NCBI GenBank assembly: GCA_051294905.1
Contig: CM119371.1
Location: 28,522,001 to 28,586,000 of the forward strand
DNA from: Botryllus schlosseri
Lineage: Eukaryota
Reading direction: 5' to 3'
Length of the DNA stretch: 64,000 bases
In this document: positions 38,061 to 50,813 of the stretch, one piece after another
Layout of the letters: every line of letters begins with the position of its first letter
How positions within the stretch are numbered: the first letter of the stretch is position 1
Notes under the pieces: model-generated
Seen by the model: only the letters and a program-made list of their open reading frames with translations
Databases searched by the model: none
Told to the model about the DNA's origin: nothing
Made by a program: the position numbers and the translations under genes

Positions 38061-39423
38061 CAGGCACGTAGCCAGCCGAAAAATAAGGGATGGATTGAAA
38101 TAAAAAGGGTGGGGTCTCGATTTTTATAGCATCAATACATTAGGGTTAAGCAATGCGTAAATGACAATTATACAATCGCCTCGCGTTGACGAACTTACGC
38201 GTATGATAAGCTTGCCAACGCATCCGGAAGTGCTGTCAATTAGCGAGTCCCTGATCTCTCGCGAACAATACAATAATAGAGCTTTCTCAACTCGTATTAC
38301 ACGCATATCAATATCAACGCATATTACGTCCGAGTGGTTATGGAATCTTTTCTATAATGGCACAGATTTCAGGTGGTTCAATTTCAAACCTTTCTCATCT
38401 TTCATAACTCGAGCATCGACACGCCTTTTCCGATGGTTATGTTGAAGTATTAGCGAAAATCAATTACGTATGTACGCACGCACATGTTTGCGTTTGGTTG
38501 CGGACATTCGATGTTATTCAGTTTAGCGATGTCACTCTTTAATCACAATCGAACCGAAGCATGCTAGGCCCAAGACGCGATTGTTAGGCTAGTGATGATA
38601 TCTTTCGTATCAGGCAAATTGCATATGCGATTGTTATGTAGGCCAACGATGATATGGTGCGCGCCAGGCAAAGCAGATGTGACTGTGCAGGCCATCGATG
38701 GTATAGTTGGTACCGGGCCTATTGCAGATGCGATTCTCCAAGCCAGCGGAAATAGGCTTGCAACGATTGCCGGCGCGGCAATCAAGGACTTAATTTCGCA
38801 ATCATCTCAGCGAGATCGAGCCTCATTAGTTTTTGCAGTGCACAGTCAAATCTCGCTAATTGGCAACACGCTTGTCGCGAATTGGCTGCGCGCAAGCCTG
38901 GCTGTGTTAGAGGAATTTAGACAAAAAATGCTCGGGTAGATTGAAGATTGCCGTTTATATGCAGTGTTCTTAAGATAACCTGTTGCTATTTCTTTGTTCT
39001 TTGTTCATAATGAATGTGTGAGATTAAGCATATAATTGTTGAAGCATAGACCCTAATAGAGTTCTAGATTAGATGAGATCGCGGACCACCCGACAATTAC
39101 GAATTACGCGTCGCCAGTGAGGTGAATACTGCAATACATCCGATATTGGTAGTATTGATTACGCGCGTTCAGGAAAATCGACGACTTGAGTTAATTGCCT
39201 TGTCCCCTTTGCACGCACGTGAAAAACCCTCCCGCATGTACTGTGTATACGAGCTAAGACGCGAGAAAAAGGCCATCATGTATTATCGGTCATATCATTG
39301 CACAAGAGCGTGCTTAAAATTAGCTAGTGCTAACGACCGACAAAATATTGAAATGAATCGAGGTGGGTTTCGTCTTTCAAAAGGAGCGGGTACCGACCCC
39401 CGAAACCCCCGTCTACGCGCCTG
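38061..39423. mobile_element. hAT (Tip100-like) non-autonomous element
   Basis: Ends CAGGCACGTAG...CTACGCGCCTG; perfect 8-bp TSD GATTCGAG at 38053-38060 and 39424-39431. Truncated left ends occur at ~42398 and ~45275. Confidence 0.8.
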
Positions 39424-40615
39424 GATTCGAGTCGAGTAGTAAAAGGCGATATTTTCGATTACTGAAATTATACGCTCCTCGCAACTGGAGAGAATTGAAG
39501 TTTTGATACTATTGATACTACTGAGGAACCCTTGAAATCTCGATTGGCCATGACGCAGCATACGGGACATAGTAGAAACTACGAATGTTACTGAAAATGA
39601 CACATTTCTGAAGTCATGATCATGCCACAAAATTGTCAAGGAGTGCAACGATATTGGTCGAAAAAATACCAAAGTATGCTTAATGTCACGGATAACAGGT
39701 CTTATGTCGTTTTGCTGACATAAAATATGCATATTTGAACTTTGACATGGTACATTCTGTTGTGATGTCATAATGAGTGATACTCGAATAACTTGACTCG
39801 AAGAGTAATACGTGACTCAGAATCGAATCACTCAGGTACTCGATTTCGCCCAGCCCTACTTGTTACCATGTGCAATGGTCGAGAAAATGCCAAATTATCT
39901 TCATGTGGCGCAGAGCTGGTATTGTTTTCGCAGTGATCGCCTGTATGGTACATAGATATATTGAAACTTTCAAAATAGTACAAGATACTGATGACTTCAT
40001 AATGAGTGATATTCACATCCTTGACTCGAAGCCTGCTGCTAACTCGACTTGCACCAAGGGGTTCAATTTCAACCGAGTCATGGGAGCATTGCTGATACAG
40101 GGTAGTTATTGATATCCAGGTATCGACCATGGGACTACACCATGTCAGAAATTCAACAACTACAGATAATAATCAGTACGTAAACACCTATCTATATACA
40201 ATATACATGTCAAGCAAAATTGAACATAAGAACAGCACAATGCATTTATCCATATGATATGCAGACCTGTCTGGATCAAGTACGGAAATAAAATCTCTCT
40301 TACTCTTGGAGAGCATTTACAACAACGAAAAATATTACTTAACATAACGAAATAATCAAGAACAAAACGAACTTATTGACGAAGAGGGGGAAGAGAGACA
40401 GTTTTAGTATACTTGAAAATAACGAATATTTATGCAAACAACTCATAATTAGCATACCATCAGTTCATGAACCTAGGATAGGATAGCAATTTGGATTGTT
40501 TCTCAAAAAATTTTGAATTCATGGTTATTGAGACGAGTATAAACATTGACTATTCCTGTGACAGTTGAATTGACTCATTCAATTCACTTCTTTGATATAT
40601 CAGAGTTACGAATTT

Positions 40616-41652
40616 TCAAATGTATCCAGGTGATGTTTTTGACGAAATTACGTCACAGTCATGTTTTTTTACACCAGCATGCACAACGATAGGAGCCTTG
40701 GGTTCATCTTTTCGACGAGCTTCTTTCCCAGATTCATCGCATTTATGGTTGTTGACACCAGTATGGATATCCATATGAGACTTGAGGCTCTCTTTCCGTC
40801 TAAATTCTTTCAGACATATAGCACATTTATGCTTTTTGATGCCATCATGCATATCAATGTGACGCTTGAGGTGATATTTTCGACCGAACTCTCTCCCACA
40901 TCTATCGCATCTATAGGCTTTGACACGAGCATGCAGCATATCCTTGTGGACTTTGAGGCCTTCCTTCCGAGCAAATCCTTTACCACAGACATCACACTTA
41001 TAAATTTTGATGATATCTTGCACATCCATATGTTTCTGAGTAATTTTTTTCCCACGTATATCCCATTTATGACTTTTACCACCAACATGCATATCCATGT
41101 GAAGTTCAAGCTCACTCCTCGAGGGATATGCTTCACCACATACATCGCATTTATAATTTTTTATGTCATCATGACAAACCATATGATGCTTGAGGAGCAG
41201 TCTGTGACGGAATTCTTTCCCACAAATATCACATTTCTGTGTTTCGACACCGTGATGCATATAAATATGAGTCTTGAGATTATCTTTCTGAGTAAATAAT
41301 TTCTGACATACATCACATTTATGCCGTTTGATGCCGGCATGTACATCCCTATGACGCTTGAGGTGATATTTTCGACTGAATTCTTTTCCACAATCATCAC
41401 ATTTATGGTTTTTGACACCAGCATGTATGTCCATATGAAGCTTGAGATTAGTCTTCTGAATAAATCCTTTTCCACAGATATAACATTTATGCTTTTTAAT
41501 GCCAAAATGGATACGCATATGTACTATCAAGTCACTTAATTGACCAAATTCTTTCCCGCAAATATCGCATTGTTGTTTTTTGACAGCAGCATTCATATCC
41601 ATATGAGACTTGGAGCGATCTCGCGTTGTCAATACCAAGAAAGTGATAAGAC
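40616..41652 (-). CDS. C2H2 zinc-finger protein, short type copy 1 (9 intact fingers)
   Basis: ~350-aa ORF. A polypyrimidine tract plus TTTAG acceptor at ~41653 suggests this is a terminal exon; the true start is uncertain. Confidence 0.88.
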
Positions 41653-43451
41653 CTAAATAAAGAAACAAATAAACTATTAATCGTCAAAGAAATTAACTGT
41701 TAGAGGGGCACTGGACTTTAAATTATGATGTGGTCCCAAATTAATGATAAAATCTGGAAAAAAATTTGGCCGCAGCTTACTGAAAATTCGAACTATTTCC
41801 CACCATGCCTGTTGGATAAATGAATTTATATGGTGGTGGTGCGGCTGCGACTCTCCCCTGTTTAACCTGTTGCGAAATTGCTGGCACGATATTTTCACTT
41901 GCACTTGCTTGACGCGGCCTCCATAATCCAGTCACATAATATATTTACTGTGCTGTGTTTGCATCTACACATTGATTTCGCATCGGATCGGAAGGCACAT
42001 CAGCCAGAGTTGGATCAATTACAATTACAATTACTTCCTTGCATGTTTCAATTACATTACAATTACAATTACTCAATGGTAAAAATATCAAATTACAATT
42101 ACAATTACTGTTTAACATGCAATTAATTACAATTATAATTACAATTAAAATTACTTTTAAACAGGTAATTGATTCAGTAAAGAGGTGTTCTTTGACAACT
42201 GTAGCGACGTAATTAGCAACAATCTCAAGCTATTCATCTGCATCAAAACATCCTGATCAAGTCATAAAAAGTTACACATGTGAAAGAAAAATCACATTTC
42301 TGCGTGTCATGATCAACCCAAAGCGTTGTCACTAGGGTTTGGCACAATGATTCGAGTACTCGAATCTGAATCGAGTATTAATTTTAATGATTCGAGGCAG
42401 GCGCGTAGCCAGCCAAAAAATAAGGGAGCGGATTGAAATAAAAAGGGCGGGGTTTCGATTTTTATAGCATCAATGCATTAGGGTTAAGTAATCCGTAAAT
42501 GACAATTATACAATCGCCTCGCGTTGACGAACTTACGCATATGATAAGATATGACATGGTAAATTCTGTTGTGATGTCATAATGAGTGATACTCGAATAA
42601 CTTGACTTGAAGAGTAACACCTGACTCAGAATCGAATCACTCAGGTACTCGATTTCGCCCAGCCCTACTTGTTACCATGTGCAATGGTCGAGAAAATGCA
42701 AAATTATCTTGGTGTGGCGCAGAGCTGGTATTGTTTTCGCAGTGATCGCCTGTAAGGAACATAGATATATTGAAACGTTCAAAATTGTTCATACTCATAT
42801 ACTGATGACTTCATAATGAGCGATATTCACATCCTTGACTAGAAGCCTGCTGCTAACTCGACTTGCACTAAGGGATTCAATTTCAATCGAGTCATGGGAA
42901 CATTGCGGATACAGGGCAGTCCTTAATATCCAGGTATCAACCATGGGACCACAGCATGTCAGAAATTCAACGACTGCAGATAATCAGTACGTAACCAGCT
43001 ATCTATATACAATATACATGTCAAGTAAAATTGAACATTACATGTCAAGTAAAATTGAACATAAGAACAGCACAATGCATTCAACCATATGATATGTAGA
43101 CCTGTCTGGATCACGTACAAAAATAAAATCTCTCGTTCACTTGGACAGCATTTAAAACAACGAAATATATTACTTAACATACCGAAATAATCAACAACGA
43201 AACGAACTTATTGACGAAGAGGGAACAGAGAGACAGTTTTCGTATACAGAGAAGAAACAAATATTTATTCAAAAACCTTATAATTAGCATACACCATCAG
43301 TTCATGAACCTAGGACAAGATATCAATACGATTTTTTGTCACAAAATTTGGAATTCATGGTTATTGACACAAGTATAAATATTAAATACTTATGTGACAG
43401 TTGAATTGACTCTCACAATTCACTTCTTTGATATATCAGAGTCACAAATTT

Positions 43452-44540
43452 TCAAGTGTATCCAGGTGATGTTTGAGGTGACGCTTTTGACGAAAGCACC
43501 TCACAGTCATGGTTTTTAACACCAGCATGCACAACTATAGGAGCCTTGAGATTATCTTTTCGACAGGATTCTTTCTCAAATTCATCGCATTTATGGTTTT
43601 TGACACCAGTATGGATATCCATATGAGACTTGAGGCTCTCTTTCCGACTAAATTCTTTCAGACATATAGCACATTTATGCTTTTTGATGCCATCATGCAT
43701 ATCAATGTGGCGCTTGAGGTGATATTTTCGGCCGAACTCTCTCCCACATTTATCACATCTATAGGTTTTGACACGAGCATGCAGCATATCCTTGTGGACT
43801 TTGAGGCCTTCCTTCCGAGCAAATCCTTTACCACAGACATCACACTTATAAATTTTGATTATATCTTGCACATCCATATGTTTCTGAGTAATTTTTTTCC
43901 CACGTATATCCCATTTATGACTTTTACCACCAATATGCATATCCATGTGAAGTTCAAGCTCACTCCTCGAGGGATATGCTTCACCACATACATCGCATTT
44001 ATAATTTTTTATGTCATCATGACAAACCATATGATGCTTGAGGAGCAGTCTGTTACGGAATTCTTTCCCGCAAATATCACATTTCTGTGTTTCGACACCG
44101 TGATGCATATAAATATGAGTCTTGAGATTATCTTTCTGAGTAAATAATTTCTGACATACATCACATTTATGCCGTTTGATGCCGGCATGTACATCCCTAT
44201 GACGCTTGAGGTGAAATTTTCGACTAAACTCTTTCCCACAATCATCACATTTATGGTTTTTGACACCAGCATGTATGTCCATATGAAGCTTGAGATGACT
44301 CTTCTGAATAAATCCTTTTCCACAGATATAACATTTATGCTTTCTAATGCCAAAATGCATACGCATATGTACTATCAAGACACTTAATTGACTAAATTCT
44401 TTTCCGCAAATATCGCATTGCTGTTTTTTGACGGCAGCATTCATATCCACAAGAGACTTGACGCGATCTCGCCTAGTCAATGCCTTGTTACATAGTAACA
44501 CTATGAAGAAAGTGATCAGAAGATCTAAATAAAGAAACAA
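43452..44540 (-). CDS. C2H2 zinc-finger protein, short type copy 2 (9 intact fingers)
   Basis: 362-aa ORF, close paralogue of the 40616 copy. Confidence 0.88.
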   Translation of the reverse strand: MFLYLDLLITFFIVLLCNKALTRRDRVKSLVDMNAAVKKQQCDICGKEFSQLSVLIVHMRMHFGIRKHKCYICGKGFIQKSHLKLHMDIHAGVKNHKCDDCGKEFSRKFHLKRHRDVHAGIKRHKCDVCQKLFTQKDNLKTHIYMHHGVETQKCDICGKEFRNRLLLKHHMVCHDDIKNYKCDVCGEAYPSRSELELHMDMHIGGKSHKWDIRGKKITQKHMDVQDIIKIYKCDVCGKGFARKEGLKVHKDMLHARVKTYRCDKCGREFGRKYHLKRHIDMHDGIKKHKCAICLKEFSRKESLKSHMDIHTGVKNHKCDEFEKESCRKDNLKAPIVVHAGVKNHDCEVLSSKASPQTSPGYT

Positions 44541-46317
44541 ATAAACTATTAATCGTCAAAGAAATTAACTGTTAGAGGGGCACTGGACTTTAAATTATGA
44601 TGTGGTCCCAAAGTAATGATGAAATCTGGAAAAAAAATTTGGCCGCAGCTTACTGAAAATTCCAACTATTTCCCACCACGCCTGTTGGATAAATGAATTT
44701 ATATGGTGGTGGTGCGGCTACGACTCTCCCCTGCTTAAGCTGTTGCGAAATTGCTGGCACGATATTTTCACTTGCACTTGCTTGAGGCGGCCTCCATAAT
44801 CCAGTCACATATTATATTTACTGTGCTGTGTTTGCATCTACACATTGATTTCGCATCGGATTAGAAGGCACATCACCAGAGTTGGATCAATTACAATATT
44901 TTAATTGAATTACAATTACAATTACTTCCTTGCATGTTTCAATTACATTACAATTACAATTACTCAATGGTAAAAATATCAAATTACAATTACTGTTTAA
45001 CATGTAATGAATTACAATTATAATTACAATTTCTTTTAAACAGGTAATTGATTCAGTAAAGAGGTGTTCTTTGACAACTGTAGAGACGTAATTAGCAACA
45101 ATCTCAAGCTATTCATCTGCATCAAAACATCCTGATCAAGTCGTAAAAAGTCATGCATGTGAAAGAAAATCACATTTCTGCGTGTCATGATCAACCCACA
45201 GCGTTGTCACTAGGGTTTGGCACAATGATTCGAGTACTCGAATCTGAATCGAGTATTAATTTTAATGATTCGAGCAGGCGCGTAGCCAGCCAAAAAAGAA
45301 GGGAGCGGATTGAAATAAAAAGGGCGGGGTTTCGGTTTTTATAGAATCAATGCATTAGGGTTAAGTAATGCGTAAATGACAATTATACAATCGCCTCGCG
45401 TTGACGAACTTACGCGTATGATAATGTATGACATGGTACATTGTGTTGTGATGTCATGAGTGATACTCGAATAACTTGACTCGAAGAGTAATACCTGACT
45501 CAGAATCGAATCAATCAGGTACTCGATTTCGCCCAGCCCTACTTGTTACCATGTGCAATGGTCGAGAAAATGCAAAATTATCTTGGTGTGGCGCAGAGCT
45601 GGTATTGTTTTCGCAGTGATCACCTGTATTTAACATAGATATATTGAAACTTTCAAAATTGTTCATACTCAGATACTGATGACTTCATAATGAGCGGTAT
45701 TCACATCCTTGACTAGAAGCCTGCTGCTAACTCGACTTGCACTAAGGGATTCACTTTCAATCGAGTCATGGGAACATTGCGGATACAGGGCAGTCATTAA
45801 CATCCAGGTATCTACCATGGGGCCACACCATGTCAGAAATTCAACAACTACAGATAATAATCAGTACGTAACCACCTATCTATATACAATATACATGTCA
45901 AGTAAAATTGAACATAAGAACAGCACAATGCATTTATCCATAATATGCATATTATGATATGCAGACCTGTCTGGATCAAGTACGAAAATAAAATCTCTCT
46001 TTCTCTTGGACAGCATTTAAAACAACGAAAAATATTACTTAATATAACGAAATAATCAAGAACAAAACGAACTTATTGACGAAGAGGGGACAGAGAGACA
46101 GTTTTCGTAGACATAGAAGAAACGAATATTTATGCAAAAACCTTATAATTAGCATACACCATCAGTTCATGAACCTAGGATAAGATATCAATACGATTTT
46201 TTTGTCACAAAATTTGGAATTCATGGTTACTGACACAAGTATAAATATTGAATACTTATGTGACAGTTGAATTGACTCACACAATTCACTTCTTTGATAT
46301 ATCAGAGTCGCGCATTT

Positions 46318-47367
46318 TCAAGTGTATCCAGGTGATGTTTGAGGTGACGCTTTTGACGAAAGTACCTCACAGTCATGGTTTTTATCACCAGCATGCACAA
46401 CCATAGGAGCCTTGAGATTATCTTTTCGACAGGATTCTTTCCCAAATTCATCGCATTTATGGTTTTTGACACCAGTATGGATATCCATATGAGACTTGAG
46501 GCTCTCTTTCCGACTAAATTCTTTCAGACATATAGCACATTTATGCTTTTTGATGCCATCATGCATATCAATGTGACGCTTAAGGTGATATTTTCGGCCG
46601 AACTCTCTCCCACATCTATCGCATCTATAGGTTTTGACACGAGCATGCTGCATATCCTTGTGGACTTTGAGGCCTCCCTTCTGAGCAAATCCTTTACCAC
46701 AGATATCACACTTATAAATTTTCATTATATCTTGCACATCCATATGTTTCTGAGTAAATGTTTTCCCACGTATATCCCATTTATGACATTTACCACCAAC
46801 ATGCATATCCATGTGAAGTTCGAGCTCACTCCTCGAGGAATACGCTTCACCACATACATCGCATTTATGATTTTTTATGTCACCATGACAAACCATATGA
46901 TGCTTGAGGTGCAATCTGTGACGACATTCTTTCCCACAAATATCACATTTCTGTCTTTCGACACCATGATGCATACAAATATGAGTCTTGAGATTATCTT
47001 TCCGAGCGAATAATTTCTGACATACATCACATTTATGCCGTTTGATGCCGGCATGTAAATCTCTATGACGCTTGAGGTGATATTTTCGACTGAATTCTTT
47101 TCCACAATCATCACATTTATGGTTTTTGACACCAGCATGTATGTCCATATGAAGCTTGAGATGACTCTTCTGAATAAATCCTTTTCCACAGATATAACAT
47201 TTATGCTTTTTAATGCCAAAATGTATTCGCATATGTACTATCAAGTCACTTATGTTACCATATTCTTTCCCACAAATATCGCATTGTTGTTTTTTGACGG
47301 CAGCATTCATATCCATATGCGACTTGAAGCGATCTCCCCTAGTCAATGCCTTGTCACATAGTAACAC
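46318..47367 (-). CDS. C2H2 zinc-finger protein, short type copy 3 (9 intact fingers)
   Basis: 349-aa ORF, close paralogue of the other two short copies. Confidence 0.88.
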   Translation of the reverse strand: MLLCDKALTRGDRFKSHMDMNAAVKKQQCDICGKEYGNISDLIVHMRIHFGIKKHKCYICGKGFIQKSHLKLHMDIHAGVKNHKCDDCGKEFSRKYHLKRHRDLHAGIKRHKCDVCQKLFARKDNLKTHICMHHGVERQKCDICGKECRHRLHLKHHMVCHGDIKNHKCDVCGEAYSSRSELELHMDMHVGGKCHKWDIRGKTFTQKHMDVQDIMKIYKCDICGKGFAQKGGLKVHKDMQHARVKTYRCDRCGREFGRKYHLKRHIDMHDGIKKHKCAICLKEFSRKESLKSHMDIHTGVKNHKCDEFGKESCRKDNLKAPMVVHAGDKNHDCEVLSSKASPQTSPGYT

Positions 47368-47439
47368 TATGAAGAAAATGATAAGACCTAAAATAAAGCA
47401 ACAAATGAACTATTATTCATCAAAGAAAATAACTGTTAA

Positions 47440-49290
47440 CCGTCTCCCGCCGGCGTGGGTATTTTTACCCATTGCCGTTAGAGGGAAGCGTACTGTATTA
47501 GAACCACTATATATCCCGTTCTAATCGTGCTAGGTCGCTGCTGTTCATGTCTGCGGATAGATATTGTTTGTGCAAGTTCATTGATACCATATAATTTGAT
47601 ATATATTATATCTAAGACGTCGAAATCGGATATTAAATACCGTAGATAAATATGTTGCAAGATACACTGTCTCGGCAACACGCGCGTCATTGACCACTCT
47701 CAGATAACGTACTGTATGTTTTGTTCTAGCCGTCTTAGAGCATACTTGTTTCTTTCTGTGAAAAGCTAGTGTCCATACAAGTTCACACATATCTTCGTAT
47801 CTGATATTAGTTACATATAAGGTGTTATAAATCTATGTGATAGGCCGCGTGACAAAGATATCCGCCGACCGCATCATTTCGCGGAAACGCGCGTTCCCGA
47901 TACCCATCATATACCCTGTCGTATATTTGGTTTTATTCGTCATAGCCAGTTGTTGTAGTTTGTTTCTATGAATAGTGCTTGTCAGCTTCTGATTTTCTTG
48001 CTAAAACAACTATACTAGTTATGTCTGCATCGCTCAAAGTTGCATTTGAAAACCGGGAAGAGAATTCTCGCAGCCTACCGTACCAGCTTCAAGAAGATGG
48101 ATGAATACTGGTCACAAAACGGGATATGTATCGAGTTCTAATAGTGATATACCTTCATAGATTGTGTCTGTGAATAGTTGCTGCCTATACGATTCTAAAT
48201 AATGGCTAATAGTCAAGTATAATTCGGAATAAATACAATATTACTCGGCGCATATACCTACGCAAAAGTGTTCATCTGGATATACAAAGAGCTGTCGTAT
48301 AACGATATATATCTTTCGTTGTAGTAATGAAAGACATTTACGGATTGTCTCTTTCAATAGAACTAGCCAATCTCCACCTTCAAGGCCAAAATAAACAACA
48401 TTAGTTATGCCTATGTCACCCCAAGGCCGCTTCTAAAAATCGTGAAGAGAATTCCTGCAGACTACCACACTAGTGTCAAACGCAGGGACGAATATCTGTA
48501 ACATAGTGTGTTATATCCTGAATTTTATCGGTAGTAGACATTCTTAGATTGTTTCTGTGGAGAGTACATGCCCATAAGATTATATCTACATCAGACTAAC
48601 AGCTAATAGTGATGTATATATCGCAACAAGACCAATTCTACACGCTGTGTATTCCCCGCAAACGTGTGTATCATGTCTGTATGAAGTGCTACCAACTAAC
48701 GTCATAAACCTTACGTAGTAGTAAGATATGCGTTTGTGGTTTGTCCTTATGGTTAGGTCTTGACAATCTCCGTTTATCAATACTAAAGTGACCCATTTAC
48801 GTGCTCTATAAGCTTTGTAAATGCCCTGGAAGGCTACGCTACCTAATAAATACACGCGCGTCACTCACTCACTCGCCGATGACTCATTCACTCTGCGGCC
48901 TGGCGCGTGTTTATTGTGCAAACCGTCAGTATTGTATCTATTGGATAACGGCGATATTAGGGCGTATTAGATCGACTGAGCCATCTCCATAATCATGATT
49001 TCCTCGCCGATATGATTCACAAGAAGCCTATGTCACCAGATATCCATATTAAGGTTTATAAAGAGTACAGTAAATGTAATACGTTTCTCATCAACGAATT
49101 CTCGGCTTGCTCTTGATATAAGTGGCCAGACACAGTGCTCGAAATGATTTGAGTGTCGCAATCGGATGCGCGTTGAAATTCTGAATCGAACGACACCTTG
49201 TTTGACGTGTTCCAATCCCATTAAGGTACAGTTTTTCGACTTTGAAAATTGAAGTAAAATTTTTCGAAAATTGCAGCCGGCGCCAATCGG
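47440..49290. mobile_element. TTAA-target (piggyBac-like) non-autonomous element
   Basis: TTAA at 47436-47439 and 49291-49294; imperfect TIR CCG.....CGCCGGC. The flanks rejoin to match AACTGTTAGAGGGGCACTG of the sister units. Confidence 0.8.
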
Positions 49291-50813
49291 TTAAAGGGGC
49301 ACTGCACTCTAAATATGTGGTTCCAAATTAACTGTTTGTAATCGGCCGGCCCTCTCACCAAAATTTCACTGCATCCATGAAAGAAACCATAAAATGCGAT
49401 CTATTTGCGCTTGAATCAACGCCCAATATATTGTCGTAAACCTGAAGTAGCCGCCTAGCGGATTGAGATACTCTCACGGCTCAGACGCGAGAGGGAATGG
49501 CGTTATGCGAGGAAGTATTCTCGATTTTTCGAAAATAAAAGATAATTTTGTTCTTATGTTTCTCCTGACGTCATGCATAGACATTCTCCTGGTATATAAC
49601 CACCTGACGGCCTTCAGCATAAATCTCTACGTTCCAACCAGACATTACATGCTATAATAACGCTTCACAGCACAGCGCTACGACATTGGAAAGGTAGAGA
49701 GAGATGATAAGCATGAACCGAGTAATCGATTACGTAATCGCGTATTCTTGCTGAAGGCAATGCGTGTCCAGTTCTACAAAACACAGTAGGTACCGCTTTA
49801 GCGACGTTGCCAATCTCATATGTATCCATCCTATTGTAGTGTTGTCAACCTCAGTTGCTTATTATGTGCAACTTACAACTGCATAAGTCAATCAAAAGTG
49901 AGTACATATTCGACACTGCCCAGTAGGGTTGTCCATAATTTGGAAAATCTCAAAAAATCTCAATTCTGTAGATTATTGATAAAAAACATCAATGAACCTG
50001 CAATAAGCTCATAGAAAAGTCATTAACATTTGTCTAAATGCGTTTGAAAGTAGCTGCCGTAGAGTGGGCGTGTCAGTGACCATAGAACGGCGAAAAGACT
50101 AGTAATCACGAAATCACGTCTCTTGATTGGTTAATCAGCTACGCTTGAATGATCACTACCACAGCGGCTTGCTGATTATGTGCTCCTACTAGTTCTAGAA
50201 GTTCGCTAACGGCAATGATTATGCGAGCGCATTATTGTACGCTGGTGTTTTAATGTTAAAACTAGGTACCGATAGGTTTAGAGCAACCATAGCCTCTTGC
50301 AGGCATGACAGAGGTGAAACAGCGAATGATTGTGAACTTATAGAACTAAGTATAGATCCCAGAAATACCTATTACCTATCTGATATGCTTGAGATTACGC
50401 CAAGTGGTCCTGTTTTTCTGAGTTGATTGGGAGATTGGCATTGGGACGCAACAATGCTGTCTGGCGAAACGAGAGACGCAACAATGCTGTCTGGCTCCTT
50501 TTTTCTTGAGCTACTATCGCGTTTCGCCAGACAGCATTGTTGCGTCACACTGCCAATCTCCTCAACAATGAATAATTTGGGGCTGATTGTGGGGTAGAGC
50601 TCTTCAAAAATGACTTTTTTTCTCAAATCGTACTGGCTACTTGATAAAATTGTTAGGTTACCTAATTTAAGCCTACACACAAAATTTGGTTCAATTCCAG
50701 CCAGTAACCGCTTTGCTACAGGAGAAGAAAGTTTCTATTTATTATATAAAAATAAATAATAAAAAATTTGAAAATTTTCTCTTCACCCCATGAAAGTGTT
50801 AGTCTGTCTATAG

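Larger units (their letters stand above)
37905..47439. repeat. Tandem triplication of a ~2.9-kb unit carrying the short ZNF gene
   Basis: The CATCAAAACATC... block recurs at ~37907, ~42241 and ~45120. Intergenic sequence is shared, including AATTAC-repeat tracts at ~42010-42150 and ~44885-45030. Confidence 0.9.

Noticed and set aside
42010..42170. AATTAC tandem tract as a telomere-like repeat (also ~44885-45030)
   Set aside because: Short, degenerate and starting with a CAGAGTTGG MITE-like end; it is a TE-derived simple repeat copied with the duplication.
27574..47361. Many plus-strand and alternative-frame ORFs over the ZNF genes (e.g. 27832..28743, 40661..41299)
   Set aside because: These are shadow frames of repetitive His/Lys/Cys codons (ITFMVFDTSMDIHM repeats), with no independent evidence of coding.
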